Program-made: the position numbers and the translations under genes
Part shown: piece by piece, positions 52,715-60,940 of the stretch
Layout: the number at the start of each line of letters is the position of its first letter
Numbering within the stretch: the first letter of the stretch is position 1
Assembly (NCBI GenBank): GCA_964452165.1
Contig: CAYVKP010000001.1
Coordinates: forward strand, 76,110-140,109
DNA length: 64,000 nucleotides
Source: an uncultured Gammaproteobacteria bacterium
GTDB taxonomy: Bacteria; Patescibacteriota; Microgenomatia; Levybacterales; GWA1-39-11
Direction of reading: 5' to 3'
The notes under the pieces: generated by a model
What the model was told of the DNA's origin: nothing
The model's database searches: none
What the model saw: only the letters and a program-made list of their open reading frames with translations

Positions 52715-54346
52715 TTATCCCCCAATTACTGAACGGAAGAGACCTCTCCATATTCCAATAGGTTGAGCATGACCACTTTTGTCGTATGTGTATCCAAGTC
52801 CGGCTGTGTAGCCTCTTCCGAATTGTCCAATAATCCCCGGACCTGCCGAAAGAGATCTACCGATACCCGATGAATACTTGAAGTCAGGAGACTTAAGAGC
52901 ATCTTTTACCATGACTGCTGCCTCAGGCGCCATTAATATTATTCCTAGGCCAATTATTGATCCAAAACGCGACGGATCAGTAAGATCTCCAACTAAAGGA
53001 GGGATAAATGGCGTTACTCCACCAGGAGTATGTCCGCTAAAGCCGTTAATAAAAGTTTGCCCTAGAAGAAATAAGGTTATTGTTGCGGGAAAGACAGCAA
53101 GATTTGAGAGCATTCCTCTGAAAAAAGCTCCGAGTCCGGATCTACCCGGAATAAGGCCGCTGGCGATATAAAAAGGGGAGAAAACTACGGTTACCAAGAC
53201 TGAGATGTAGCATTTAATTAGCTGGAACCATATTCGCAGAAGCGCTTGGAAGATAGCAATGATAATTACAATATATGCAATAAGACCGGCTATAAGACCG
53301 ATAAGTTTATTCCCGAGTATTGCTCCACCAACTCCACCAATTGCTCCTCCAATCAGGCTCGCTTTTGTAAAAAATGCGCCCACAAGAGGTAGCGGTATTC
53401 CTTTGCCTATCTGTTGGCCAATCAAACCACCAATAAGTGTACCTATTATTCCACCTAAGACCCTACCCAGTGTTCCATCAAATATAGATGCCGTAATTCC
53501 CGATATGTTTTTTGCGACTCCAAAAGCAATTCCGCTTACTCCCCCAATTCCTCCGGCAGCCCCAAAAGGATTGGTTGAAAGAGAGTTTGAAGGGTCAATT
53601 CCGGCTTGAGAAAAGAGTGACATTATAAGGTAGATTGAGACATACATCATGTCTATTAGAAATCCTGCAATTGCATACGAGAAAGTTACAAAAATAATAG
53701 CCATTATAATTTTTGGTATCTGATTTTGAAGTGTCATGACAGTTCTTGGATCAATTTTAATTCTGAACATTATTCCAAGTCCCACGATTACAAAAAGAAT
53801 TACAAAAAGAAGATATGTAACATTTCTAAAAACCTGCCAGAGCTTGAGAGTAGGCAGGAGAGAATTAAAACCTATGCTTCCCTCTCTTTGATTTTTTGCT
53901 TGTCCTGCCGCAGCCGGAGTATCTCCTGTGTTTTGTGCATACGTCCTTTTTGCTATGCCAAAATTTGATGCCACATCAGCAACATAATCGTGAGTCGATA
54001 TTGGAATGTAAAAAGTTTCAGCGATTAAATTACCTACAAGTCCTATTGCGCCCCCACCACCTTCAACAAAACCTATCTTTTTAGTTTTAGGGTCTATTCC
54101 AAGACATTTTCCGTCGGGATTTATGGGGTCAATGCCACTTAATTGGCAGGAAATTGCCGCTCCTACCTCTATAAAAACGCTTTGAGTATATGTATGAAAG
54201 TCCTGAGGAACGTTAGGATTTGTATTTAGATAATTTTGATTGGGCTGCGTTGGTGTTGTACTTTGAGCATATATTTTAGGAACGAACAGAAGTGCGAGCA
54301 AAAGAAAAAAGAGAATTGATAAAATCTTAAGCTTCATGGACAGCAC
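52715..54346 (-). CDS. VirB6/TrbL-like polytopic membrane protein with signal peptide and Gly-rich TM helices
   Basis: Signal peptide, then at least 6 TM with GxxxG-rich helices (GGIIGTLIGGLIGQQIGKGIP ...). Size and topology match VirB6/TrbL. Confidence 0.55.
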   Translation of the reverse strand: MLSMKLKILSILFFLLLALLFVPKIYAQSTTPTQPNQNYLNTNPNVPQDFHTYTQSVFIEVGAAISCQLSGIDPINPDGKCLGIDPKTKKIGFVEGGGGAIGLVGNLIAETFYIPISTHDYVADVASNFGIAKRTYAQNTGDTPAAAGQAKNQREGSIGFNSLLPTLKLWQVFRNVTYLLFVILFVIVGLGIMFRIKIDPRTVMTLQNQIPKIIMAIIFVTFSYAIAGFLIDMMYVSIYLIMSLFSQAGIDPSNSLSTNPFGAAGGIGGVSGIAFGVAKNISGITASIFDGTLGRVLGGIIGTLIGGLIGQQIGKGIPLPLVGAFFTKASLIGGAIGGVGGAILGNKLIGLIAGLIAYIVIIIAIFQALLRIWFQLIKCYISVLVTVVFSPFYIASGLIPGRSGLGAFFRGMLSNLAVFPATITLFLLGQTFINGFSGHTPGGVTPFIPPLVGDLTDPSRFGSIIGLGIILMAPEAAVMVKDALKSPDFKYSSGIGRSLSAGPGIIGQFGRGYTAGLGYTYDKSGHAQPIGIWRGLFRSVIGG

Positions 54347-54461
54347 TTTTCAGTATGAGAAAAAAAAGAAAAAAAGTCAATTATTTGGTTTTCTATATAT
54401 ATGTTATTTACGATTGGGGTTGACAATATAAAAGATTAAAGAGTATTATTATGCCAAAATC

Positions 54462-55022
54462 ATGATGAAGAAATTTTCAATTGTTTTCGCATTGCTCGTT
54501 GTTTTCTCCGTTTTATTGCCTAGGGTTATCTTTGCGGACGAAGCCAAAAATGATGAGGATTTGGTAGCAACAACTCCTGCAAAAATAGAATACAACCTTC
54601 CGTATCCCGGGATACTTCCCGACAACCCATTATATTTCTTAAAAACCGCGAGAGATAAGCTGGTTGCACTGTTAATAAGTGATCCTCTTAAAAAAGCGGA
54701 ATTTAATTTACTGACATCTGACAAGAGAGTAGCATCTGCTCAAGTTATGGCAGATCGCAGAAAATCTGAAATGGCTGTTTCAGTTTTTTCAAAAAGCAAT
54801 AATTATTTTGAAAGTGCAATTAGCAACATGGAACAAGCTAAAAAATCCGGAGAGAATGTTGATACAGTTTTACATACTATGCAAACTGCCGTTAAAAAGC
54901 ATTATGAGATCTTGGAGGGGGTAGAAAAGAAGGCGGATAAAAAGTTTTCTTCTCAGCTTCAGCAAGAAGAAGACAGGCTTAAAAAATTCGAAAATACTGT
55001 AACTAAGCTCGACCATAATTAA
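54462..55022 (+). CDS. DUF5667-domain secreted protein
   Basis: YPGILPDNPLYFLKTARDKL matches the DUF5667 hallmark; signal peptide. Confidence 0.65.
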   Translation: MMKKFSIVFALLVVFSVLLPRVIFADEAKNDEDLVATTPAKIEYNLPYPGILPDNPLYFLKTARDKLVALLISDPLKKAEFNLLTSDKRVASAQVMADRRKSEMAVSVFSKSNNYFESAISNMEQAKKSGENVDTVLHTMQTAVKKHYEILEGVEKKADKKFSSQLQQEEDRLKKFENTVTKLDHN

Positions 55023-55204
55023 GAGATAAACTGTCCACTTAGATCATTTTTTGTATACAGCTTTTGGCGAACCTTCTCTGCTATTTTTTCGAATACTTCT
55101 GTCCTGGTTTATAAAATAAATTCTGAAGCTAGAAAATGACCTGTTATATTTTGATATAAAAGTTGATAGTTGACCGACGCGATATAGTGCTTTACTATTA
55201 ATTT

Positions 55205-55294
55205 AACACTAGATATGGGGCGAAGCTTAAGCGAAAGCTGAAGGTTAACCCGCCCGCAAAAAGCGGGAATGAAGCAACTAACATATAGATGTTT
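55205..55294 (+). promoter_or_regulatory. candidate NrdR-box palindromes upstream of nrdR-nrdJ
   Basis: aACACTAGATATGggg (55205-55220) and aACATATAGATGTTt (55280-55294) resemble the ACACwAtATaTwGTGT NrdR box. Spacing is atypical. Confidence 0.3.
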
Positions 55295-55349
55295 CATTAT
55301 ATTTAGGGGTAATAGCACTTTTTAAATTTGTCCAAATTTTTTCTAAATT

Positions 55350-55799
55350 ATGCAATGCCCTTATTGTAAAAGTACTGATTCAGAAGTCGTCGAGACGAGA
55401 GTCTCCGAGGACGGAACAAATATAAGACGTCGAAGAAATTGCCTTTCTTGCGGAAAAAGATACACCACATACGAGCGGATAGAAAACGTTACATTAATAG
55501 TCCAAAAAAAAGACGGGAAACGCGAGCAATTTGACCGGGAGAAACTACGAGTTGGAATTGCAAGGGCTTGCGAAAAGACTACGGTATCAGCAGAAGATAT
55601 TAATAATATAGTAGATGAGATAGAACGGGAATTGATTGGCGGAGACTCAGTTGAAATAGAAGCAAAAAAAATTGGACAAATGGTAGCAGCCAAGCTTAAG
55701 AAAATCGACAAAATTGCATATATAAGATTTGCAAGCGTTTTTAAAAGATTTGTTGATGTTGAAGATTTTGAAAAAGAAGTAAAAAGATTATTAAAATAA
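55350..55799 (+). CDS. nrdR: transcriptional repressor NrdR
   Basis: MQCPYCKSTDSEVVETR...NCLSCGKRYTTYE zinc ribbon plus ATP-cone. Confidence 0.9.
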   Translation: MQCPYCKSTDSEVVETRVSEDGTNIRRRRNCLSCGKRYTTYERIENVTLIVQKKDGKREQFDREKLRVGIARACEKTTVSAEDINNIVDEIERELIGGDSVEIEAKKIGQMVAAKLKKIDKIAYIRFASVFKRFVDVEDFEKEVKRLLK

Positions 55800-55801
55800 A
55801 A

Positions 55802-58336
55802 ATGAAATTAGACGGAATAAGAAATAAAGTATTTTTAGACAGGTACTCCTTAAAAGACGTAGAGGGAAATCCCCTCGAGTCAACTCCCGAGGAGATGTGG
55901 AGAAGAGTTGCCAAGGGAATTGCCGGTGTTGAGAAAAAGGCAGATCGAAAGCGCTGGGAAGACAAGTTCTATAAAGTAATGGAGGACTTTAAATTCTTGC
56001 CGGGTGGTCGAATCTTTGCAGGGGCCGGAACGGGTTTTGATGTAACCTACTTTAATTGTTTTGTTATTCCAAATCCTCCCGACTCAAGACAGGGGATCAT
56101 GGAGAATTTGACTCAAATGATTGAAATTATGGCCCATGGTGGGGGTGTGGGACTTAATCTTTCGGGACTTCGCCCGAGAGGAGCAAGGGTAAAGAAAGTT
56201 AATGGTTTTTCCTCAGGCCCCATGAATTGGGCAGAGCTTTATTCGCTAGCTACAAAAGATATTGTTCAGCAGGGTGGTTCGCGCCGCGGCGCACTCATGC
56301 TTATGATTCATGATTGGCACCCGGACGTTGAAGAGTTTATCACTGTCAAGCAGGATCTCACCAAAATTAACGGGGCAAATCTTTCCGTATGTGTTTCAGA
56401 CGAATTTATGGAAGCGGTAAAAAAAGACGCTGACTGGGACTTGATGTATCCGGATCTCGATGATAAGAAGTATGACAAAAATTGGGATGGCGATATCCAT
56501 GACTGGAAGAAAAAAGGCGGTAAAGTCAGGGTTTACAAAACAGTAAAAGCATCATATCTCTGGAATCTAATTTGCGAAGCTGCATGGAGAAGTGCAGAGC
56601 CGGGTTTGCATTTCTTAGATCGCTCAAACAAAAGATCAAATACATGGTATTTTGAAAAACTTCTTGCAACAAACCCCTGCGGAGAACAGCCACTTGGTGC
56701 TTGGGCAGTTTGTAATTTGGGAGCGATGAATCTTTCAGCCTATGTAAAAGACGATGATCTTACTTCCGATAAGGCAGGTTGGTTTGACTATGAATCATTC
56801 GGGAAAGATGTGAAGATTGCCATGAGGTTCCTCGACAACGTTATTGATGATACGCATTATTTCTTCAAAGAGAATGAAAAAGTGGCAAAAGACATTAGAA
56901 GAACAGGCCTTGGTATTATGGGGATTGCTGACACCTTTATTAAAATGAAAGTTAGATACGGATCTAGCGAATCAGAAGAGGTTTCTAAAAAGATTTTTGA
57001 AACACTTCGTAACAACGCCTACATTGCCTCATCAGATATCGCGAAAGAAAAAGGATCTTTCCCCAAGTACGATCGTATCAAATATCAAAAAGGCTATCAT
57101 ATTAAAGCGTTGCCAAAAGCAATTCGCCAGAGAATTTTTGATCAAGGGATCCGCAATGCTGTTCTTCTGACAATTGCGCCAACCGGTACAACCAGTCTTA
57201 TCGCCGGTGTTTCATCAGGGGTCGAGCCGGTTTATGAATTTGAATACTCTCACAACGGGAGACTCGGGAAGCAAATGGTATATCATGACCTGTATGGAAA
57301 ATGGAAAGAGGCACATCCAGAAGATGAGAAGCCTGACTATTTTGTCGGAGCAAATGATCTAACCCCTGAGGATCACGTAAAGATTCAGGCAATCGCGCAA
57401 GCATATATCGACTCATCAATCTCAAAAACTGTCAATGCTCCAAATAGTCATACGGTTGAGGACGTAAAGAGCTTATATATGAAGTCTTACGACATGGGTC
57501 TAAAGGGAGTTACATACTTCAGGGACGGTTCACGCCAGGGTGTATTGCAGAGGGAAGAAAAGAAAGAGGAGCTGCCGGTTGCGGTGCCGAAAACGCCTGC
57601 GATTTTAAAAAGACCATCTATCATGTATGGGTTAACTTATAAAACACCAACTCCACTCGGAGACGCCTTTATCACTTTGAATAATGATGAGAATGGAGAT
57701 CCGTTTGAAGCATTTGTAACAATTGGAAAATCGGGAAGTGATGTTGCCGCAATGACTGATGCGCTTGGGCGAATGATCTCGCTACTCCTGAGAATTCAAT
57801 CTCCTGTTACATCGCGAGAGAGAGTAAGACAAATTGTTGCCCAGCTTTCAGGAATCGGAGGAGTTAGAAGTGTAGGATTTGGACCTAAGCAAGTTAGGTC
57901 TGTCCCGGACGCCATCGCCAAAATATTGGCCGAACAATTCGGGTTTGCTGTAAATGGAGTCGTCAAGGATCTACAAAAGAAAGAAGCACTTATGAGTAGC
58001 AATGGTATACAGGTTACAAATGGCAATGGAAAGTCTTTGAATGGTAATGGAGTCGCTCTTACCAACGGAAATTCTAATGGAAACGGTATTTCAAACGGCA
58101 ATGGATTACTTGCAAACGGTCACAGTAACGGAGCGGCACAAGTACAAAACATTCAAATAAATGTTGCAACTCAGGTCTCAACACCTGACGCGTCGACAAC
58201 AGTTATGGAGCAATTAAGTCTTAATTCAGAACCCACTCACAACGCCTTTGATCTGTGTCCATCGTGTGGAGGAGCAACCCTTGCACATGAAGAGGGTTGC
58301 AAAAAATGCTATAGCTGTGGTTATAGCGAATGTTAG
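55802..58336 (+). CDS. nrdJ: class II (adenosylcobalamin-dependent) ribonucleotide reductase NrdJ with an Asn/Gly-repeat insertion and a C-terminal zinc ribbon
   Basis: FLDRYSLKD start, catalytic NPCGEQPL, radical-site and B12-region motifs, C-terminal CPSCGG...CKKCYSCGY. Confidence 0.9.
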   Translation: MKLDGIRNKVFLDRYSLKDVEGNPLESTPEEMWRRVAKGIAGVEKKADRKRWEDKFYKVMEDFKFLPGGRIFAGAGTGFDVTYFNCFVIPNPPDSRQGIMENLTQMIEIMAHGGGVGLNLSGLRPRGARVKKVNGFSSGPMNWAELYSLATKDIVQQGGSRRGALMLMIHDWHPDVEEFITVKQDLTKINGANLSVCVSDEFMEAVKKDADWDLMYPDLDDKKYDKNWDGDIHDWKKKGGKVRVYKTVKASYLWNLICEAAWRSAEPGLHFLDRSNKRSNTWYFEKLLATNPCGEQPLGAWAVCNLGAMNLSAYVKDDDLTSDKAGWFDYESFGKDVKIAMRFLDNVIDDTHYFFKENEKVAKDIRRTGLGIMGIADTFIKMKVRYGSSESEEVSKKIFETLRNNAYIASSDIAKEKGSFPKYDRIKYQKGYHIKALPKAIRQRIFDQGIRNAVLLTIAPTGTTSLIAGVSSGVEPVYEFEYSHNGRLGKQMVYHDLYGKWKEAHPEDEKPDYFVGANDLTPEDHVKIQAIAQAYIDSSISKTVNAPNSHTVEDVKSLYMKSYDMGLKGVTYFRDGSRQGVLQREEKKEELPVAVPKTPAILKRPSIMYGLTYKTPTPLGDAFITLNNDENGDPFEAFVTIGKSGSDVAAMTDALGRMISLLLRIQSPVTSRERVRQIVAQLSGIGGVRSVGFGPKQVRSVPDAIAKILAEQFGFAVNGVVKDLQKKEALMSSNGIQVTNGNGKSLNGNGVALTNGNSNGNGISNGNGLLANGHSNGAAQVQNIQINVATQVSTPDASTTVMEQLSLNSEPTHNAFDLCPSCGGATLAHEEGCKKCYSCGYSEC

Positions 58337-58359
58337 TGACCCTATAATAAATTTGCCTG

Positions 58360-58388
58360 TTGACAGTTTTTAGTCTTCGATTTATTAT
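58360..58388 (+). promoter_or_regulatory. sigma-70 promoter TTGACA-17-TATTAT for the B12-binding-protein operon
   Basis: TTGACA at 58360-58365; TATTAT at 58383-58388. Confidence 0.5.
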
Positions 58389-58394
58389 AGTCAA

Positions 58395-58516
58395 ACTTTA
58401 GTTTACATAGGTAATCACCGTGAAAGTCGGTGACTGTGCCGCAACTGTTAAAGTCAGAAAACTATGTTTACATCAAATCCCGAGCAGGAATTTTTTTGTT
58501 CTTTCGAACAACGAAT
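58395..58516 (+). ncRNA. structured 5' leader with weak, partial resemblance to a cobalamin riboswitch
   Basis: GTGAAA-capped hairpin tcaccg-tgaaagt-cggtga, gccgcaactgt (like GCCACTG), aagtcagaaaac (B12-box-like AGYCMG...). Sits between the promoter and the terminator, upstream of B12-binding-protein genes. Confidence 0.35.
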
Positions 58517-58517
58517 T

Positions 58518-58543
58518 AACTCCTCGGGAAGAGGAGTTTTTTT
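58518..58543 (+). terminator. intrinsic terminator/attenuator hairpin immediately before the ATG of 58544
   Basis: 8-bp stem aactcctc/gaggagtt, loop gggaa, then TTTTTTT. The 3' arm contains the only SD-like GAGGAG. Confidence 0.55.
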
Positions 58544-59173
58544 ATGTTCGAGCAAATAAAAATAGTTTTTAAAAAGTATTTAGGATCGCCCCTTATTGCG
58601 CTTGCGATCGTTTTCTTTATCCTGGCAGGAGCAACGGTTCTTTTTTCCGGTAAGTCTACAAAGACACTAGGCGTAATAACGGAAAATAAACAAGCGGCAA
58701 GAGTTAAGTCTGTTAAATCAACAGCGACACCCACTCAAGAGGCTCAGGAAAGTTCGAATACTTCGACAAATTCCTACCAACAGCCAACAACGGCCTCGTC
58801 AACTCCCACCCCGTATAAAACCGAGACTACAACCACAACAAATTCTTCCAATAACTCGAATGGATCCTCTCAAACACAAGGCAGGGTAAAACTTTCAATC
58901 AACGGTTCATCCACCGGAGAAGTAAATGTTGGTGCGGGACAAAATCAGTGCGATGTTCTAAACGATGCTCTTGCGCAGGGAAAAATTTCTCAGCTTACTA
59001 TGCGTTATGAATCAAGTCTTGGGACTTACGGCGTCTACAAAATTAACAATACTGGCAAAGATAATTCTATTTGGTGGACTTATAAAGTAAACGGAAACTC
59101 GCCTGACAAGGGGTGCAGTTACCTAGGAGTAAATAATGGTGACAGTGTCGAATGGAATTATATAGGAAGCTAA
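58544..59173 (+). CDS. membrane-anchored Ser/Thr-rich protein with a C-terminal DUF4430-like (transcobalamin/intrinsic-factor beta-domain-like) module
   Basis: N-terminal TM helix, ST-rich linker, C-terminus WWTYKVNGNSPDKGCSYLGVNNGDSVEWNY. Confidence 0.55.
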   Translation: MFEQIKIVFKKYLGSPLIALAIVFFILAGATVLFSGKSTKTLGVITENKQAARVKSVKSTATPTQEAQESSNTSTNSYQQPTTASSTPTPYKTETTTTTNSSNNSNGSSQTQGRVKLSINGSSTGEVNVGAGQNQCDVLNDALAQGKISQLTMRYESSLGTYGVYKINNTGKDNSIWWTYKVNGNSPDKGCSYLGVNNGDSVEWNYIGS

Positions 59174-59174
59174 T

Positions 59175-60905
59175 ATGAAATTTATTAAATCAACATTGCT
59201 ATTATTCTTATTCGCGACAGTCTTTTTATTCGTGACCTCAAAAGTTTTTGCAGCAGGAGTGACCGCCGAGGTCAGAATTGTAGGTTCATCAAGAACTATT
59301 TTCTACAATAACGTAACAATCGACGGCGGTTGCACGGTGACAGATGTTGATGGTGGGGTACATACATACACTGACCCGCTCGCAATTTGTGCACTCGATA
59401 AAGCATCAAAAGATGGCGGTTTTTCCTACAAAATCAAAGATAGTTCTTTCGGAATATACCTGACGGGAATTGCGGAAGACGACGGCGCAGCGGATTTTTC
59501 AACTTATTGGCTTTACGATATTAATGGAGCAGGAGCCCAAGTTGGAATTTCAAGCTTAACTCTAAATAACAATGATAAGCTTTTCTTACATTTTTATCCT
59601 GATGCCGACCCTAATGCTCGTTCGTCAAATGATGGAATTGCGTACCTGCGTAGCCAGCAGGCAGCAGACGGGCACATTAACGGATTTGGTGGAGTAAGCC
59701 AGTGGGCGGCGATGGCATTTGCAGCAAAAGGAATTGATATAAGTGGTGTTTCAAAAGGCGGCGCGAGTCTTAAAAGTTATCTTGAGGCCAATTTGCCCAC
59801 TGCTTGTTCTTCTGCAACAGATTGGGAGAAAGATATACTCGCGATAGTTGATACCGGCGCAAATCCTTACAACTTTGGGGGATTAAATTTTGTTGGAACT
59901 CTCAAGTCTTCTGCTTATTACAACGGCACACAAATAGGAGATAGCTCGGGGCTCAACGACGACTTTTTTGGAGTAATGGCTCTCATTGCCGCTGGTGTCT
60001 CAAACTCGGATTCCGTAATAAAAAATAGTGTTTCGTACATAATTTCAAAACAAAATTCGGACGGAGGATGGGGTTTTTCCACAAGTAGTAAATCTGACAG
60101 TAATGATACTGCAGCAGCGCTTCACGCCTTGTCTTCAGCAAAAAATTACGGAGTAACTCATGCAAGTCTTGATAACGCAATAAGCCAAGCCAAGACTTAT
60201 TTGCTTTCACTTCAAGCTTCAGACGGTGGATTTAAATACGATGGTTCTTCGACTGATCCCGATGGATCATCAACTGCTTGGGATTTGGTTGGGCTAAATG
60301 CTGCGGGCATGAATGATGCCGCAACCAGTGCAAAAAAATGGCTCACAAACAATCAGAATAAGGACGGCGGATTTTATTATCAGGCCTCATTTGGAAGTGA
60401 TACGTACACAACAGCACATGCGGTGATAGGGCTTTCGGGTAAGAATTGGATAATTAAGAATTTTGATGCCGGTTCAAATTCAAGCACGGGTACAACATTA
60501 TCGTCCTGTATTACTCCTACACCAACAAGTTCTGTTACTCCAACTCAAACACCAAGCCCAACAAATACTCCCACACCAACACCTACAAGCTCAACTACTA
60601 ATAATAATTCGACTAATAATACTACCAATACAACCAATAATTATTTCGACAGACCAACCCCGGGACTCTCAAGCGTAGTCAACCGAACTCTTTCTGAAAA
60701 TAAGGTAGTTGATAATCCCGGTGAAACAAAAGAACAAGTTTTGGGTGTACAAACCGATAACTCCGGAAGTAATTTACCCAAAACAGTTCAGGTTGCCGGC
60801 ATTAATAATACGCCCAATGTTTTTGCACAATTGTTCTTTGCATTAGGTATTGCCGTCCTCTGTTTTCACATAGGATCACTTTATCAAAAGAGGAAATTAG
60901 CCTAG
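59175..60905 (+). CDS. surface protein: signal peptide, DUF4430-like domain, alpha/alpha-toroid (prenyltransferase/terpene-cyclase-like) repeats, Pro/Thr linker, C-terminal TM anchor; a bacterial intrinsic-factor/transcobalamin-like candidate B12 binder
   Basis: TYWLYDINGAGAQVGISSL (DUF4430). Repeats QQAADGHINGFGG, KQNSDGGWGF, LQASDGGFKY, NQNKDGGFYY. TPTPTSSVTPTQTPSPT linker; C-terminal hydrophobic anchor. Confidence 0.6.
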   Translation: MKFIKSTLLLFLFATVFLFVTSKVFAAGVTAEVRIVGSSRTIFYNNVTIDGGCTVTDVDGGVHTYTDPLAICALDKASKDGGFSYKIKDSSFGIYLTGIAEDDGAADFSTYWLYDINGAGAQVGISSLTLNNNDKLFLHFYPDADPNARSSNDGIAYLRSQQAADGHINGFGGVSQWAAMAFAAKGIDISGVSKGGASLKSYLEANLPTACSSATDWEKDILAIVDTGANPYNFGGLNFVGTLKSSAYYNGTQIGDSSGLNDDFFGVMALIAAGVSNSDSVIKNSVSYIISKQNSDGGWGFSTSSKSDSNDTAAALHALSSAKNYGVTHASLDNAISQAKTYLLSLQASDGGFKYDGSSTDPDGSSTAWDLVGLNAAGMNDAATSAKKWLTNNQNKDGGFYYQASFGSDTYTTAHAVIGLSGKNWIIKNFDAGSNSSTGTTLSSCITPTPTSSVTPTQTPSPTNTPTPTPTSSTTNNNSTNNTTNTTNNYFDRPTPGLSSVVNRTLSENKVVDNPGETKEQVLGVQTDNSGSNLPKTVQVAGINNTPNVFAQLFFALGIAVLCFHIGSLYQKRKLA

Positions 60906-60940
60906 AAAATCAATCTAACTTATGATACGATAAAAAAATA

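Noticed and set aside
33099-54346. Integrative conjugative element or prophage interpretation of the T4SS-like locus
   Set aside because: No integrase, relaxase, VirD4 coupling protein, terminase or capsid genes, and no att-like direct repeats were seen. It is treated as a chromosomal secretion/pilus apparatus.
55217-55275. GC-rich segment ggggcgaagcttaagcgaaagctgaagg...cccgcaaaaagcggg, considered as a small ncRNA (tmRNA, RNase P or SRP fragment)
   Set aside because: No match to the conserved cores of those RNAs. It is more parsimoniously part of the nrdR regulatory region.
55109-55318. 69-aa minus-strand ORF in the nrdR upstream region
   Set aside because: Lies in a regulatory intergenic region with palindromes; no start context; likely non-coding.
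58468-58500. Second possible terminator tcccgagcaggaattttttt in the leader
   Set aside because: Only a 3-bp stem can form, so it is not a convincing hairpin. It may participate in alternative leader folds.
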